Assembly (NCBI GenBank): GCA_947494925.1
Contig: CANLWS010000008.1
Span: 172,394-236,393, forward strand
Origin: an uncultured Alteromonadaceae bacterium
GTDB taxonomy: Bacteria; Pseudomonadota; Gammaproteobacteria; Enterobacterales; Alteromonadaceae
Length of the DNA stretch: 64,000 nt
Direction of reading: 5' to 3'
The translations under genes were made by a program, and so were the position numbers. Position 1 is the first letter of the stretch. Every line of letters begins with the position of its first letter. The notes below the pieces were generated by a model, which ran no database searches, was not told the origin of the DNA, and saw nothing but the letters and a program-made list of their open reading frames with translations. Shown piece after piece: positions 1 to 10,507 of the stretch.

Positions 1-136
1 AGTTACAAAAAGTGAATCGAATTGGCTCTCTCTAATTAGCAGGTTTATGCTTTTTCGAGGCGTTTCCGGCTGGATCACATGGTCAGAATCGCAAATCAAA
101 GGGAAATCTATGCAGACCAGGTAGTGTGATTCACTT

Positions 137-1174
137 ATGATAAGGCTAATTAACTCAGTCTATTTTTGGTTACTTATGACGCTGCCTTTCTCTATTTTAG
201 ACCTCGCTCCAATAACTGCCGGATCAAACCTGGCCACTGCCTTCGATAATTCCCGCAGGTTGGCGATTCAGGCCGAAACAAGCGGATATAATCGGGTTTG
301 GTTGGCAGAACACCACGGAATGCATGCTGTTGCCAGTTCTGCCACAGCAGTAGTTTTGGGGCATATAGCGTCTGCAACGACTAACATCAGAATTGGTTCA
401 GGTGGAGTTATGTTGCCTAATCACTCCCCCCTTGTAATTGCAGAACAATTTGGAACGCTGGCTACCTTATTTCCTGACCGAGTGGATTTGGGGTTGGGTC
501 GAGCGCCTGGGACGGATATGGCGACTGCCAGGGCTCTGAGGCGCAATTTGAATACTGATGTGGATAGTTATCCTGACGATATTCGAGAACTTCAGCATTA
601 TTTGAGCACACCTCAGACAGGGCAAAAAATTGTCGCGATACCTGGGGCAGATACCCATATCCCGCTCTGGTTATTGGGTTCGAGTCTATACAGTGCACAA
701 TTAGCTGCCAAACTTGGGCTTCCTTATTCATTTGCATCTCATTTCGCGCCCGACCAGTTGTTTGATGCAATTAGCCTTTACCGCACAAACTTTCAGAAAT
801 CGATTCAATCTATCGAGCCCTATGTGATGGCCGGTGTAATGGTAGTAGTGGCTGACACCGATGAAGAAGCAGAGTATTTGTTTACATCTGTTCAACAGCA
901 ATTCATCAATCTTCGCCGTGGCCTCAATCGAGCATTTGCAAAACCTGTGGACGATCTGTCACAAATTTGTACAGATGACGATCTCGCCATGTTGTCACAT
1001 ACTTTGCGTTATGCTGCCGTTGGCTCAAAACAGTCAGTGACAGAAAAGCTAAGCCAATTTATTGCCGCAACTGAGGTGGATGAACTCATTGTTTCAATGC
1101 CAATTCATGATATTGACGCCCGCATTAAAAGCGTTGAATTATTGGCTGACACAGGCTTGATGTCAGTTTTTTAA
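137..1174 (+). CDS. Luciferase-like (LLM-class) flavin-dependent oxidoreductase. The true start may be the internal Met at 176 ([10 protein letters not shown]...).
   Basis: ORF translation carries LLM family hallmarks (…SILDLAPI…, [33 protein letters not shown]). Neither candidate start has a strong RBS. Confidence 0.75.
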   Translation: MIRLINSVYFWLLMTLPFSILDLAPITAGSNLATAFDNSRRLAIQAETSGYNRVWLAEHHGMHAVASSATAVVLGHIASATTNIRIGSGGVMLPNHSPLVIAEQFGTLATLFPDRVDLGLGRAPGTDMATARALRRNLNTDVDSYPDDIRELQHYLSTPQTGQKIVAIPGADTHIPLWLLGSSLYSAQLAAKLGLPYSFASHFAPDQLFDAISLYRTNFQKSIQSIEPYVMAGVMVVVADTDEEAEYLFTSVQQQFINLRRGLNRAFAKPVDDLSQICTDDDLAMLSHTLRYAAVGSKQSVTEKLSQFIAATEVDELIVSMPIHDIDARIKSVELLADTGLMSVF

Positions 1175-1176
1175 TA

Positions 1177-1199
1177 GCTAACCCCAACTCGGGGTTAGC
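1177..1199. terminator. Bidirectional hairpin terminator between the convergent LLM and argA genes. It is a member of the AACCCCAACTCG palindromic element family.
   Basis: GCTAACCCC-aactc-GGGGTTAGC, a perfect 9-bp stem with a 5-nt loop, lies in the 47-bp gap between convergent stop codons and follows TTTTTT on the + strand. Confidence 0.6.
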
Positions 1200-1221
1200 C
1201 AACAAAGTTAAATTGGGGCTT

Positions 1222-2532
1222 CTACAAGGTCAAAGTAAATACTTTGGAATTTCGCTGGAAATTATAAAGCTGTTTTTTGCTGTCAGGTAAATCGTCCAGA
1301 CTGGATTGAATGAATCCTTGCTCCTGAAACCAATGTGCCGTTACCGTTGTGAGGACAAAAATGCGATCTAAACCTTTCTGGCTGGCATCAGCCTTAATTG
1401 CATCAAGCAAACGCCCTCCGCGATTCTTTCCGCGGTAGTCTCTGTGAGTTGCTACACACGCCAGTTCTCCGCTGCCGTGTTCCACAAAAGGATAAAATGC
1501 TGCACAGGCGACGACAGTTCCATCGCGTTCAATAACAGTAAAACACTCTATTTCCCGTTCCAGCATTTCCCTTGAGCGTTTAACCAGAATACCTTGTTGC
1601 TCAAGAGGATTGATAAGCTTCAATATCCCGCCCACATCATCAATGCTCGCTTGTCGTAGTTGCTCATAGTGACGTTGTGAAACCAGAGAACCGGCTCCAT
1701 CGCGGGTAAATAATTCTTGAAGTAATGCACCATCTTTTTGATAGCTGACGCAGTGGCAGCGACTCACACCCGATTCAAGGCTGGTGGCAATAGCGTTAAG
1801 TATAGGTTTTTGTTCTGATTGATAATCGTCCGCAAGCATGTCCTGCAGGCTACTGTAATCGATAGTACGACGCAGTTTTCCTTCTTCATCAAGAATGCCT
1901 TCCTGCTCACTGAAAATAATCAGCTTATCTGCATCCAATGCACTGGCAGCCTGAGTTGCCACATCTTCATGAGAAAGGTTGAATACTTCTCCGGTGGAGG
2001 AATACCCCATAGGCGAAAGCAGCACAATAGCGCCATCGTTTAGGTGACCATTGACACCACTTACATCAATACGTCTAACCAAACCAGTATGCTCGTAGTC
2101 AATGCCGTCTATCACGCCCATAGGCATAGCTACCACCAGATTGCCGGAGCAGACGCGAATCTGCGCACCATGCATAGGCGAATTTGCGAGTCCCATGGTT
2201 AACAATGCTTCTATCTGAGAGCGAACAGAACCAGCGGCATCCTTAACTGACTCAAGAGTTTCTTTGTCCGTCAGACGAATATTGTTTGCGAAGCGTTTGT
2301 CCACACCCCGCAATGCAATACGCTGATCAATTTGCGGACGCGCACCATGCACCAATATCAGTCTGACACCTAAACTGTTGAGCAGCGCGATGTCGTGAAT
2401 GATATTGGCAAAGTTCTCGCTTTCAACCGCTTCACCCCCGAACATAAGGACAAAGGTTTTGCCCCGATGTGCATTGATGTAGGGAGCTGAATGACGAAAT
2501 AGTCTTACGCTGTCATTGTGAGAAACAACCAT
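1222..2532 (-). CDS. argA: Amino-acid N-acetyltransferase (N-acetylglutamate synthase)
   Basis: 436 aa with an N-terminal amino-acid kinase fold (FVLMFGGEAV…LILVHGARPQID) and a C-terminal GNAT domain. It is the last gene of the arg cluster. Confidence 0.9.
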   Translation of the reverse strand: MVVSHNDSVRLFRHSAPYINAHRGKTFVLMFGGEAVESENFANIIHDIALLNSLGVRLILVHGARPQIDQRIALRGVDKRFANNIRLTDKETLESVKDAAGSVRSQIEALLTMGLANSPMHGAQIRVCSGNLVVAMPMGVIDGIDYEHTGLVRRIDVSGVNGHLNDGAIVLLSPMGYSSTGEVFNLSHEDVATQAASALDADKLIIFSEQEGILDEEGKLRRTIDYSSLQDMLADDYQSEQKPILNAIATSLESGVSRCHCVSYQKDGALLQELFTRDGAGSLVSQRHYEQLRQASIDDVGGILKLINPLEQQGILVKRSREMLEREIECFTVIERDGTVVACAAFYPFVEHGSGELACVATHRDYRGKNRGGRLLDAIKADASQKGLDRIFVLTTVTAHWFQEQGFIQSSLDDLPDSKKQLYNFQRNSKVFTLTL

Positions 2533-2546
2533 GCTGGTCCTAGTCC

Positions 2547-3917
2547 TTACAACTGATCGAGTTCGTTTTGCAATGCAATTGAAACAGGCTCAACCCCTGT
2601 TCCTCCCACGATGTTTCGTTTGTCCACCAGATACTCCAACTGCAGCACCGGGTATACATCATTATCAATCAAGGGTGAGAAAGTCTGCAAAGTTGTCAAT
2701 GGCAGATCTTCAATCGGTTTATTCTCCTCAAGAGCTTTTAATACCACTTGTCCGGAAATATCGTGAGCCGTCCTGAAGGGCACACCTTTTGCGACAAGGT
2801 AATCTGCCAGCTCAGTGGCATTTGCATAACCTTGCTTTGCAGCTTCGGCGCAACGATCCACATCAAGTTCTACGCTATCAAGCACCTCGCAGGCAATACA
2901 CAGGCAAATATGCCATTGATTGACTGCATCGAAGGCACCTTCTTTGTCTTCCTGCATATCTTTGTTATAAGCCAGAGGCAGACCTTTCATCGTCACTAAA
3001 AGTGCCTGTAAACTGCCAAATACACGCCCACATTTGCCGCGCATTAATTCCAAGGCGTCTGGGTTTTTCTTTTGTGGCATGAGGGACGAACCTGAAGTTA
3101 CCTGATCACCCAACCTGATAAAGCTGGCTTCGCCGGAATTGAAGAAAATCAGATCTTCCGCCAAACGGGATAAATGCATCATGCTGGTGCTGGCACAAAA
3201 CATCAGTTCCAACACATAGTCACGATCAGACACTGCGTCCAGGCTATTGACGCATGGAGAGGCAAAGCCTAATTGTTCTGCTATCAACTGCCGGTCAATA
3301 GGGTAGGTTGTGCCGGCCAGGGCCCCGCAGCCCAAGGGGCTCTGATTCATCCTTTGCTGCAAATCTTCCAGTCGACTGATATCACGTTTTAACATTTCTA
3401 CATAGGCCAGACACCAGTGGGGAAATCTCACAGGTTGTGCACGCTGTAAATGGGTATAGCCGGGCAAAATCGCCAATTTGAATTTATCTGCCAGTTTAAC
3501 CAGGGAAGTTTTAGCGTTCACCAGATCCTTGATTAAAAACTCGATATGCTCTTTGCACCATAAACGGAAGTCGGTCGCAACCTGGTCATTCCGGCTGCGG
3601 CCTGTGTGAAGCTTGCGCCCCAGGTCGCCAAGTTTTTCGATCAGGGCTGCTTCGATGAAACTATGAATGTCTTCTTCCGGGCTTGCGTCAAAATCCAGTT
3701 CATTGGATTCAGCAAGCGCTAGCAACTCATTTAATGCGTTCTCTATTTCCTGCTGTTCCGCAACAGTTAACACACCTGCTGCCGCGATTGCTCTGGACCA
3801 GACAATAGAACCAGTAATATCCTGCTTTACCAGAATGCGGTCAAAGGGCAGCGAATCATTGACTTGCCTGAACATGTCACTGCTGCCTTGTTGAAAACGC
3901 CCGCCCCATAAACTCAT
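2547..3917 (-). CDS. argH: Argininosuccinate lyase
   Basis: 456 aa starting [26 protein letters not shown]…, with fumarate-lyase signature [12 protein letters not shown]. Its start overlaps the argG stop by 1 nt. Confidence 0.95.
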   Translation of the reverse strand: MSLWGGRFQQGSSDMFRQVNDSLPFDRILVKQDITGSIVWSRAIAAAGVLTVAEQQEIENALNELLALAESNELDFDASPEEDIHSFIEAALIEKLGDLGRKLHTGRSRNDQVATDFRLWCKEHIEFLIKDLVNAKTSLVKLADKFKLAILPGYTHLQRAQPVRFPHWCLAYVEMLKRDISRLEDLQQRMNQSPLGCGALAGTTYPIDRQLIAEQLGFASPCVNSLDAVSDRDYVLELMFCASTSMMHLSRLAEDLIFFNSGEASFIRLGDQVTSGSSLMPQKKNPDALELMRGKCGRVFGSLQALLVTMKGLPLAYNKDMQEDKEGAFDAVNQWHICLCIACEVLDSVELDVDRCAEAAKQGYANATELADYLVAKGVPFRTAHDISGQVVLKALEENKPIEDLPLTTLQTFSPLIDNDVYPVLQLEYLVDKRNIVGGTGVEPVSIALQNELDQL

Positions 3918-5155
3918 TATTCTATTCCTGTATTTTTAAATGGTATGCCGCTTTTGTTCATCGCTTCAATGCGACTGGACAGGCTGAATAAACGAATAAA
4001 CCCTTCAGCATGACTCTGGTCATATACATCGTCAGCCCCAAAGGTGGCAAAATCTTCAGAGTACAGGCTATTCGGTGAACGGCGTTGGGTGACTGTCGCC
4101 TGACCTTTATAAAGCTTAACTACAATGTCGCCTGTAACTTTCTGAGCAAAGCTGGCCGCGCCAGCTAACAAGGCATCGTTTAACGCTGTGAACCACCTTC
4201 CGTCATACATCACATGGGAGTACTCAAGACCTATTTGTTCTCTGTATTTTAAAGCTGATTTGTCCAGCACCAGGCACTCCAGGGCCTTGTACGCGGCCAT
4301 AATGACTGTGCCTCCTGGTGTTTCATAACAGCCTCTGGATTTCATACCAACCAAACGATTTTCAACTATGTCGATGCGACCTACGCCATGGGCGGCCGCC
4401 AGACCATTGAGTTTCATGAGAGCTTGATAAGGACTCAAAGATTCGTCATTAACTTTTACCAGACGACCTTTTTCGAAACTTAGCTGCACGCGCTCAGGCG
4501 TATCCGGAGCGTCTTCTGGGTCAACAGTCATTGTCCAGATTTGTTTGGTTGGCTCGCTCCACGGGTCTTCTAACTCACCGCCTTCATGGGAAATGTGCCA
4601 TGCATTGGCATCCCGGCTGTAAATTTTTGTCGCTGAGGCGCTCGTTTTGATATCTCTCTCTGCAAGATAATCAAGCAGGTCTTCACGGGATACCATATCC
4701 CATTCACGCCAAGGTGCTATAACAGCCAGGTCGGGAGCCAAGGCTGAAAAAGTGCCTTCAAAACGTACCTGATCATTGCCTTTACCTGTGCAGCCATGAC
4801 ATAAAGCATCAGCGCCAACTTTTCGCGCAATTTCTACCTGGGCTTTAGCAATGATGGGTCTGGCCATCGACGTACCTAGCAAATACTCGCCTTCGTAAAC
4901 TGCACCAGTGGTGATAGTGGGGAAAACATAATCGGAAATGAATTCTTCTTTCAGGTCGACTATGTAACACTCGCTTGCACCAGTTTTAATAGCCTTTTCA
5001 TACAGGCCTTCAAGCTCTTCTTCCCCTTGACCCACATCGGCTGCAAAGGCGACAACTTCACAGTCATAATTTTCCTTTAACCAGGGAATAATGGCTGATG
5101 TATCGAGGCCGCCAGAATAGGCCAATACCACTTTTTTAAATGATTGTTTAGACAT
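3917..5155 (-). CDS. argG: Argininosuccinate synthase. The start is trimmed to the Met of MSKQSF…, which has an AAGGAA RBS 8 nt upstream; the table ORF extends 10 codons further.
   Basis: [11 protein letters not shown]-loop ATP pyrophosphatase motif and about 410 aa of ArgG-like sequence. 'cat' at 5153-5155 with an upstream AAGGAA. Confidence 0.93.
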   Translation of the reverse strand: MSKQSFKKVVLAYSGGLDTSAIIPWLKENYDCEVVAFAADVGQGEEELEGLYEKAIKTGASECYIVDLKEEFISDYVFPTITTGAVYEGEYLLGTSMARPIIAKAQVEIARKVGADALCHGCTGKGNDQVRFEGTFSALAPDLAVIAPWREWDMVSREDLLDYLAERDIKTSASATKIYSRDANAWHISHEGGELEDPWSEPTKQIWTMTVDPEDAPDTPERVQLSFEKGRLVKVNDESLSPYQALMKLNGLAAAHGVGRIDIVENRLVGMKSRGCYETPGGTVIMAAYKALECLVLDKSALKYREQIGLEYSHVMYDGRWFTALNDALLAGAASFAQKVTGDIVVKLYKGQATVTQRRSPNSLYSEDFATFGADDVYDQSHAEGFIRLFSLSSRIEAMNKSGIPFKNTGIE

Positions 5156-5165
5156 GAATAATTCC

Positions 5166-6086
5166 TTACTGTGAATCGCTGCCAAATAGGTGCGTTAAAA
5201 TGGCGTTTTGGCCATGCATTCTGTTTTCTGCCTGTTGCAACAGTAATGATTGCTCTGAATCAATCAGGTTGCCACTAATTTCTAAATCACGATGTGCTGG
5301 CTGACAGTGCATGACATATTTTGCGCCTGTCGCCTGCATCATCTGTTCATTGACCATGTAAGGGTCAAAAGTCTTGCGAATTTGTTCAAGTGGAGTTGTA
5401 TCTCCCATGGATAACCAGGTATCAGTGTAGAGAACATTGGCACCTTTGGCTGCGCCTATGTCATTGCTTTGCGAAATACTTGCACCACTATTTGTTGCCA
5501 GCTCTTTGGCAACAGCAACTAATTCGCTATCAGCCTCGTAGCCAGGTGGCGTTACAGAAACAACATTTACTCCCAATATAGCGCCCACAATCATCAATGA
5601 GTGAGTCACGTTATTTCCGTCTCCGACGTAAGCCAGAGTTAGGCCTTCCAACTCGCCATGGATTTCTCTTAAGGTGAGAAAATCAGCAAGCGCCTGGCAA
5701 GGGTGATAAAGATCGCAGAGTGCATTGATAACCGGAACTGAGGCGGCCTCTGACATCTGTTGCAATGTTGAGTGAGAATATACACGTGCAATAATCGCAT
5801 CGGCCCAACAGGCGAGATTAGCCCCCATATCTTTGGCATCCTCTCGTCCTGCCAATTTGCCAGCCTGGCTATCAAGGTAGACCATGTGTCCGCCCAGTTT
5901 GTTGATTCCGATGTCAAAACTCACCCTAGTTCTAAGTGACGGTTTCTCAAACAAGGCAACGATAGATTTGCCCTGGAGAACCTCACTGAACTCCGCTGGA
6001 TTCTGTTTAATCTTTGTGGCCAGCGTTAAAAGGTTTTCTAACCCGTCTTTTGACCATTCTTTAAAGGTTAATAAGTCCTGTTTCAT
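5166..6086 (-). CDS. argF: Ornithine carbamoyltransferase
   Basis: 306 aa with the STRTR carbamoyl-phosphate-binding motif ([10 protein letters not shown]), HCLP-like motif (HCQPAHR) and DxxxSMG-like motif. It overlaps argB by 4 nt. Confidence 0.92.
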   Translation of the reverse strand: MKQDLLTFKEWSKDGLENLLTLATKIKQNPAEFSEVLQGKSIVALFEKPSLRTRVSFDIGINKLGGHMVYLDSQAGKLAGREDAKDMGANLACWADAIIARVYSHSTLQQMSEAASVPVINALCDLYHPCQALADFLTLREIHGELEGLTLAYVGDGNNVTHSLMIVGAILGVNVVSVTPPGYEADSELVAVAKELATNSGASISQSNDIGAAKGANVLYTDTWLSMGDTTPLEQIRKTFDPYMVNEQMMQATGAKYVMHCQPAHRDLEISGNLIDSEQSLLLQQAENRMHGQNAILTHLFGSDSQ

Positions 6087-6868
6087 TGTTGTTCCTGAGT
6101 GGGTAAGGGTAAAATTTGTGTGCCAACGTTACCGCTTTGGTAGTCGAGCAGATGATGAGGTGATTGCCAGCTTGCAATAGTCACAGCTTTTCCAAGTTCA
6201 GTGGCAGCTTGCTGTGCTGCTTTTACTTTTACCACCATGCCATCCGTAATTATATTGTCACTAATCATCTCTTCTGCCTGCTGGGCCGATAATGAAGAAA
6301 GCAGCTTTTTACCGCCATCCAAAACACCTGCTACATCGGACAATAAACACAAATCGGCATCCAGTAAATTCGCAATTGCTGTCGCCGCATCATCAGCATT
6401 AACATTAAGCAAATTGCCTTCTTGATCTGCGCCAATTGAGCTTATAACTGCAAACAATCCATTCGACAATAGTGATTTAAGAAAGGCCGGATCCTTGGGT
6501 TTTGCTGAACCTACCTGGCCCAGTTTTGGACTGATTTGTTCACATCTAAGGCTGTCTCCATCGAAAAGGCTTAAGCCAACCGGGTTGAGTCCTGCCTTTT
6601 TGGCCAGTGCACAAAGTTTTTTATTGGCACTTCCGGCCAGGGCACCCACTACGTAGTCTATCTGGTCTGGTGGTGTGACTCTCAGGCCATGTAGTTTTTC
6701 ACTTTTCAGCCCCAATTTTACAAATAAGCTTTCGACGCCTTTTCCGCCGCCATGCACCAATACAACATGATGCTTAGCCTGCATGTCTTTGAGCACAGTA
6801 AATAGTGAGAAGGCAAGTTCCAGGTCATCCAGAATAGCACCTCCGACTTTTATCACGACTGTCTTCAT
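6083..6868 (-). CDS. argB: Acetylglutamate kinase. The start is trimmed to [10 protein letters not shown]; its ATG overlaps the argC stop in an ATGA arrangement.
   Basis: Amino-acid kinase family N-terminus [10 protein letters not shown] and about 260 aa of ArgB-like sequence. 'tcat' at 6865-6868 gives translational coupling to argC. Confidence 0.9.
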   Translation of the reverse strand: MKTVVIKVGGAILDDLELAFSLFTVLKDMQAKHHVVLVHGGGKGVESLFVKLGLKSEKLHGLRVTPPDQIDYVVGALAGSANKKLCALAKKAGLNPVGLSLFDGDSLRCEQISPKLGQVGSAKPKDPAFLKSLLSNGLFAVISSIGADQEGNLLNVNADDAATAIANLLDADLCLLSDVAGVLDGGKKLLSSLSAQQAEEMISDNIITDGMVVKVKAAQQAATELGKAVTIASWQSPHHLLDYQSGNVGTQILPLPTQEQQ

Positions 6869-7893
6869 GCAGGTGCTCCTGACACAAGGTTTTGCTCGCT
6901 GGCAAAACCGAAGCTGATATTGGCGCACTGAATTGCCTGGGAGGCTGCGCCTTTGAGCAGGTTATCAATAGCACTGCTGACAACCAGATATCCGCTGCTC
7001 TGATCAAACTTCCAATGGAGATCGCAAAATGGAGTATTGACTACATCATCAAGTTTGGGCCAGCTGGATTGCAGACGCACAATAGGGTTTCCAGAATAGG
7101 CTTGCTCAAATGCGTCATCAACAGATTGCGAAGTAGCAGCTGGGCAAAGCTTTACGGTAATAGTGGCAAGAATACCACGTTTGAAGTTACCCAAATGGGG
7201 AGTGAAAATGACTTCACTTCCGAGGTGTGCAGCAATTTCGGGTTGGTGACGATGCCCCAACACGCCATATGCCTGCAAACTCACTTCGCAAAAACTATTT
7301 CCAAGGGCTGCTTTGCGTCCTGCTCCGCTGACACCGGATACAGCGTTAATTACCGGGCGTTGATCTTTAGCAAGTAATTGGTGTTCAAACAGAGGTTTTA
7401 ATGCTGTGAGCGCCGCAGTAGGGTAGCAACCCGGAACGGCAATCAAAGCCGCTTGAGCAATAGCCTGTTGATTCCAGTCAGCCAAACCATAGACTGCTTC
7501 GGAAAGGATGTCTGAGTGCTTGTGCTCAAAGCCATAATATTGCGAAAATGTCGGCAAGTGCTGAAGTCTGAATGCACCTGACAAATCGAATATCTTTGCT
7601 CTTTTACCCAATAGCGCAGGCATCCAGTCATGACTAGCTTCATGGGGAGTTGCCAGAAAAATAGCATCCATCTCAGCAGACAATTGGACTAACTTATCTT
7701 CGGTTAACGCTTGTAGCGGCAAATTAATCAGGCCAGACAAATTGCCATGTAGTACATCAATGGTTTTGTCAGCATCCTGGCTATTCGCCGAAACAAACAG
7801 CCCACTGAGTTCGAAATTATTGTGTTGGTTTAGTAATCTCGACAATTCAGCGCCCGTGTAACCACTAGCGCCAATTACGCATGTTTTCAGCAT
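6865..7893 (-). CDS. argC: N-acetyl-gamma-glutamyl-phosphate reductase. The start is trimmed to [14 protein letters not shown], with a GAGGG RBS upstream.
   Basis: NAD(P)-binding GASGYTG motif and active-site region …[11 protein letters not shown]…; about 342 aa, typical of ArgC. 'cat' at 7891-7893. Confidence 0.92.
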   Translation of the reverse strand: MLKTCVIGASGYTGAELSRLLNQHNNFELSGLFVSANSQDADKTIDVLHGNLSGLINLPLQALTEDKLVQLSAEMDAIFLATPHEASHDWMPALLGKRAKIFDLSGAFRLQHLPTFSQYYGFEHKHSDILSEAVYGLADWNQQAIAQAALIAVPGCYPTAALTALKPLFEHQLLAKDQRPVINAVSGVSGAGRKAALGNSFCEVSLQAYGVLGHRHQPEIAAHLGSEVIFTPHLGNFKRGILATITVKLCPAATSQSVDDAFEQAYSGNPIVRLQSSWPKLDDVVNTPFCDLHWKFDQSSGYLVVSSAIDNLLKGAASQAIQCANISFGFASEQNLVSGAPA

Positions 7894-7942
7894 GACCTGA
7901 GGATCCCTCTTTGCAAAATTGATAATTGGAAAAATAAAAAAG

Positions 7943-7987
7943 CGCTCTTTGCCTTTGATCACTACCCTATATCAAAGGCAAAGAGCG
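7943..7987 (-). promoter_or_regulatory. Strong hairpin followed by a U-run in the argC 5' leader, read on the minus strand. It looks like an intrinsic terminator or attenuator, or the 3' end of a small RNA.
   Basis: CGCTCTTTGCCTTTGAT-(11 nt)-ATCAAAGGCAAAGAGCG forms a 17-bp perfect stem. On the minus strand it is followed by CTTTTTTATTTTT, about 45 nt upstream of the argC ATG. Confidence 0.5.
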
Positions 7988-8191
7988 TGCTACGCAACCA
8001 GTGTGTGTTATCGTCGCTTAGACGTTAAGGCATAGCAAGGCAGGGAAAATTGATTTACTTTCATTTCGTTCGTGGTCTTATGCTTAGTTAGTTGTTCGAA
8101 TTCGAATATTGTTGGTATTCGCTAGTTGGTTTGTAGAATGCCACGTGTTATATAATTATGCAATAAAAGTGAATAAGTATTTTAAAAAATT

Positions 8192-9340
8192 ATGCAATCA
8201 AAACGCTCGTTTATCGAAACCTATCAAAATCTGATCAAGATTCCTTCTATCAGTGCCTTCGATGGAAGTATAGATCAGCCGAACCAGGCTTTAATTGAAC
8301 TCCTTGGGAACTACTTCAGGGATTATGGATTTGACATAAGTATTCACTCTGTTCCTGATTCGCGAGGGAAATTTAACCTGTTGGCGAGGATTGGTCGCGG
8401 GGAAGGCGGACTTTTATTAGCTGGGCATAGTGATACTGTGCCGTTCGATGAAGGTAAATGGCAGCAAGATCCCTTTGTTGTAAAGCAGCAAGATGACAAG
8501 TTGTTCGGATTGGGAACCTGCGACATGAAAGGTTTTTTTGCTTTTATACTCGAAGCGATTAAAGAAGTTCCACTGCAAAAACTGAAAAAACCGCTCTATG
8601 TGCTCGCTACAGCTGATGAAGAAACCTCAATGGCTGGTGCCCGTTTTTTTGCTCAGCAGCAATTGATCAAACCGGATATGGCAATTATTGGTGAGCCAAC
8701 AGAATTAAAACCCATAGTTAAACATAAAGGACATATGGCGCATACGTTATCGGTGCTAGGGAAAGCGGGGCACTCCAGTGATCCGGAAAAAGGTGTTAAT
8801 GCGATTGAGATCATGCATTTGGCCATTGCCAATCTTATTCAGTTGAAACAGGACCTTGCCAGTAATTATCGTGATGACAGCTTTTCGGTGCCGCAGGCAA
8901 CGATGAATTTAGGCCATATTCACGGCGGTGACGGTGAAAATCGAATTTGTGGCCACTGTCAGCTTAATTTTGATTTACGTAGCGTCCCCGGATTGTCTGA
9001 TAATGAGGTTATATCCCAAATAGACCAGGCTTTGGCACCGATTGGCTTGGCTTATCCTGGCAGACTTGAACGGCATCTCATGTATCCAACTTCTCCTCCC
9101 TTTGCCTGTAAAAATGAGCTAGGTATCATAGAGCTCGCAGAAAAATTTACTGGTTTCTCAGCAGACAATGCCAATTACGCAACTGAAGCGCCATTTATTA
9201 ATGAATTGGGTTGTGACACGCTAATATTGGGTCCCGGCAGCATCGAGCAGGCTCACCAGCCTGATGAGTTTATTTCCCTGGCCTACGTCAACCCGACCGT
9301 GTCGCTACTACGAAATATGATTAAGGCAGTATGTTTTTGA
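8192..9340 (+). CDS. argE: Acetylornithine deacetylase (M20 peptidase family)
   Basis: 382 aa with the M20 metal-binding motifs (LLAGHSDTVP, GTCDMKG, ATADEE) and ArgE-like length. It is divergent from argCBFGHA, the same arrangement as E. coli argE-argC. Confidence 0.9.
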   Translation: MQSKRSFIETYQNLIKIPSISAFDGSIDQPNQALIELLGNYFRDYGFDISIHSVPDSRGKFNLLARIGRGEGGLLLAGHSDTVPFDEGKWQQDPFVVKQQDDKLFGLGTCDMKGFFAFILEAIKEVPLQKLKKPLYVLATADEETSMAGARFFAQQQLIKPDMAIIGEPTELKPIVKHKGHMAHTLSVLGKAGHSSDPEKGVNAIEIMHLAIANLIQLKQDLASNYRDDSFSVPQATMNLGHIHGGDGENRICGHCQLNFDLRSVPGLSDNEVISQIDQALAPIGLAYPGRLERHLMYPTSPPFACKNELGIIELAEKFTGFSADNANYATEAPFINELGCDTLILGPGSIEQAHQPDEFISLAYVNPTVSLLRNMIKAVCF

Positions 9341-10425
9341 TGAATAAATGGACAACTCAACTTTTACTTGGCGCTTTGCTTAGTACTTCCGGGCTACTGT
9401 GTTTCGCCAAAACGCTGCCTTCAATGCCGGAGCCCGTCACTAATAATGCGGTGACCTTGGTGGACACAGATCAAGGGCAATATCTTCTGAGCTTTATGGG
9501 TCTCGGACCTGGAAAAGATTATCAGGCCGTTCACAATAAAGTATGGGCGCTAAAGCTTGGACAATCATCCTGGCAGTCTAAAAAGCCGGTCCCTTCATCG
9601 CTGACATTAAAAGGACGACTTGCCAGTATCGCAGTTTCAGTTGGGCAGTACGCATATATTTTTGGTGGTTATACTGTGGATAAAGATCACAGCGAAATAT
9701 CCAGCCCAGATAATTTTCGATTTGATGTAACCAAAAATCAGTACATGAAAATCGCTAAAACACCAGTACCGGTAGATGACTCTGTGGCGTTGGTTTATCA
9801 GGACAGATACATTTATCTGATTAGCGGTTGGCACAATGATGGCAACGTCAATCTAGTCCAAATCTACGATTCGAATACTGATAGTTGGTCACAGGGTTCG
9901 CCCTTTCCCGGTCATGCCGTTTTTGGCCAGGCTGGTGGAATCGTTGGCAATTTTATGCTGATCTGTGATGGAGTTCGCGTGAAGCCGCGGGAAACACAAC
10001 GGAGGACTTTTGCTGCAGAAACTGCATGTTACTCAGGAACTATCGACCAGAAAAACTTCACCAAAGTGGATTGGCGTGTCATTACGCACCCAACCGGGAA
10101 AGCACGTTATCGTATGGCAGCCACAGGGCTTACTGACTTGCATGAAATCGTGTTCTTGGGGGGATCTGGCAATCCTTACAATTATAATGGTATTGGTTAC
10201 GATGGCCGGCCTTCTGAACCCGATAACAAACTCTGGCGCTTCAACATGTCCCAGGGAACCTGGTTGGTACAAAAATCAGATGTTGCCAGTATGGATCACA
10301 GGGGACTTATCCTTATTGGTGATAGTTTGCTAGTGCCGGGGGGCATGGGCCGAAATCAGAAAGTTCTGAACACTATTACGCAAATATCGATTGTTCCTCT
10401 ATCTACAGCGGAAGAGAGCAGGTGA
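9331..10425 (+). CDS. Secreted Kelch-repeat / beta-propeller protein (NanM/YjhT-like mutarotase family is possible). An alternative start at 9340 would overlap the argE stop as TGATG.
   Basis: Signal peptide (LLLGALLSTSGLLCFA) followed by repeated Kelch-like blades (…YIFGGY…, …YLISGW…, …VFLGGSG…, …LLVPGG…). Confidence 0.55.
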   Translation: MFLMNKWTTQLLLGALLSTSGLLCFAKTLPSMPEPVTNNAVTLVDTDQGQYLLSFMGLGPGKDYQAVHNKVWALKLGQSSWQSKKPVPSSLTLKGRLASIAVSVGQYAYIFGGYTVDKDHSEISSPDNFRFDVTKNQYMKIAKTPVPVDDSVALVYQDRYIYLISGWHNDGNVNLVQIYDSNTDSWSQGSPFPGHAVFGQAGGIVGNFMLICDGVRVKPRETQRRTFAAETACYSGTIDQKNFTKVDWRVITHPTGKARYRMAATGLTDLHEIVFLGGSGNPYNYNGIGYDGRPSEPDNKLWRFNMSQGTWLVQKSDVASMDHRGLILIGDSLLVPGGMGRNQKVLNTITQISIVPLSTAEESR

Positions 10426-10443
10426 GAACTAGCATGCAAAAAA

Positions 10444-10476
10444 GGCTAGACCTCAGATAGATCTGAGGCTAGCCAA
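10444..10476. terminator. Bidirectional hairpin terminator between the kelch protein gene and the cpxP-like gene
   Basis: GGCTAGACCTCAGAT-ag-ATCTGAGGCTAGCC, a 14-15 bp stem with a one-base bulge, preceded by AAAAAA and located between convergent stops. Confidence 0.6.
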
Positions 10477-10507
10477 GCAGGATCGCATAAAGCGAAGTTG
10501 GAAGTAC

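Noticed and set aside
5166-6086. Possibility that the carbamoyltransferase is aspartate carbamoyltransferase (pyrB) rather than OTCase
   Set aside because: The motifs (HCLP-like HCQPAHR; the context between argB and argG; length 306 aa) fit ornithine carbamoyltransferase, and it is embedded in the arg operon.
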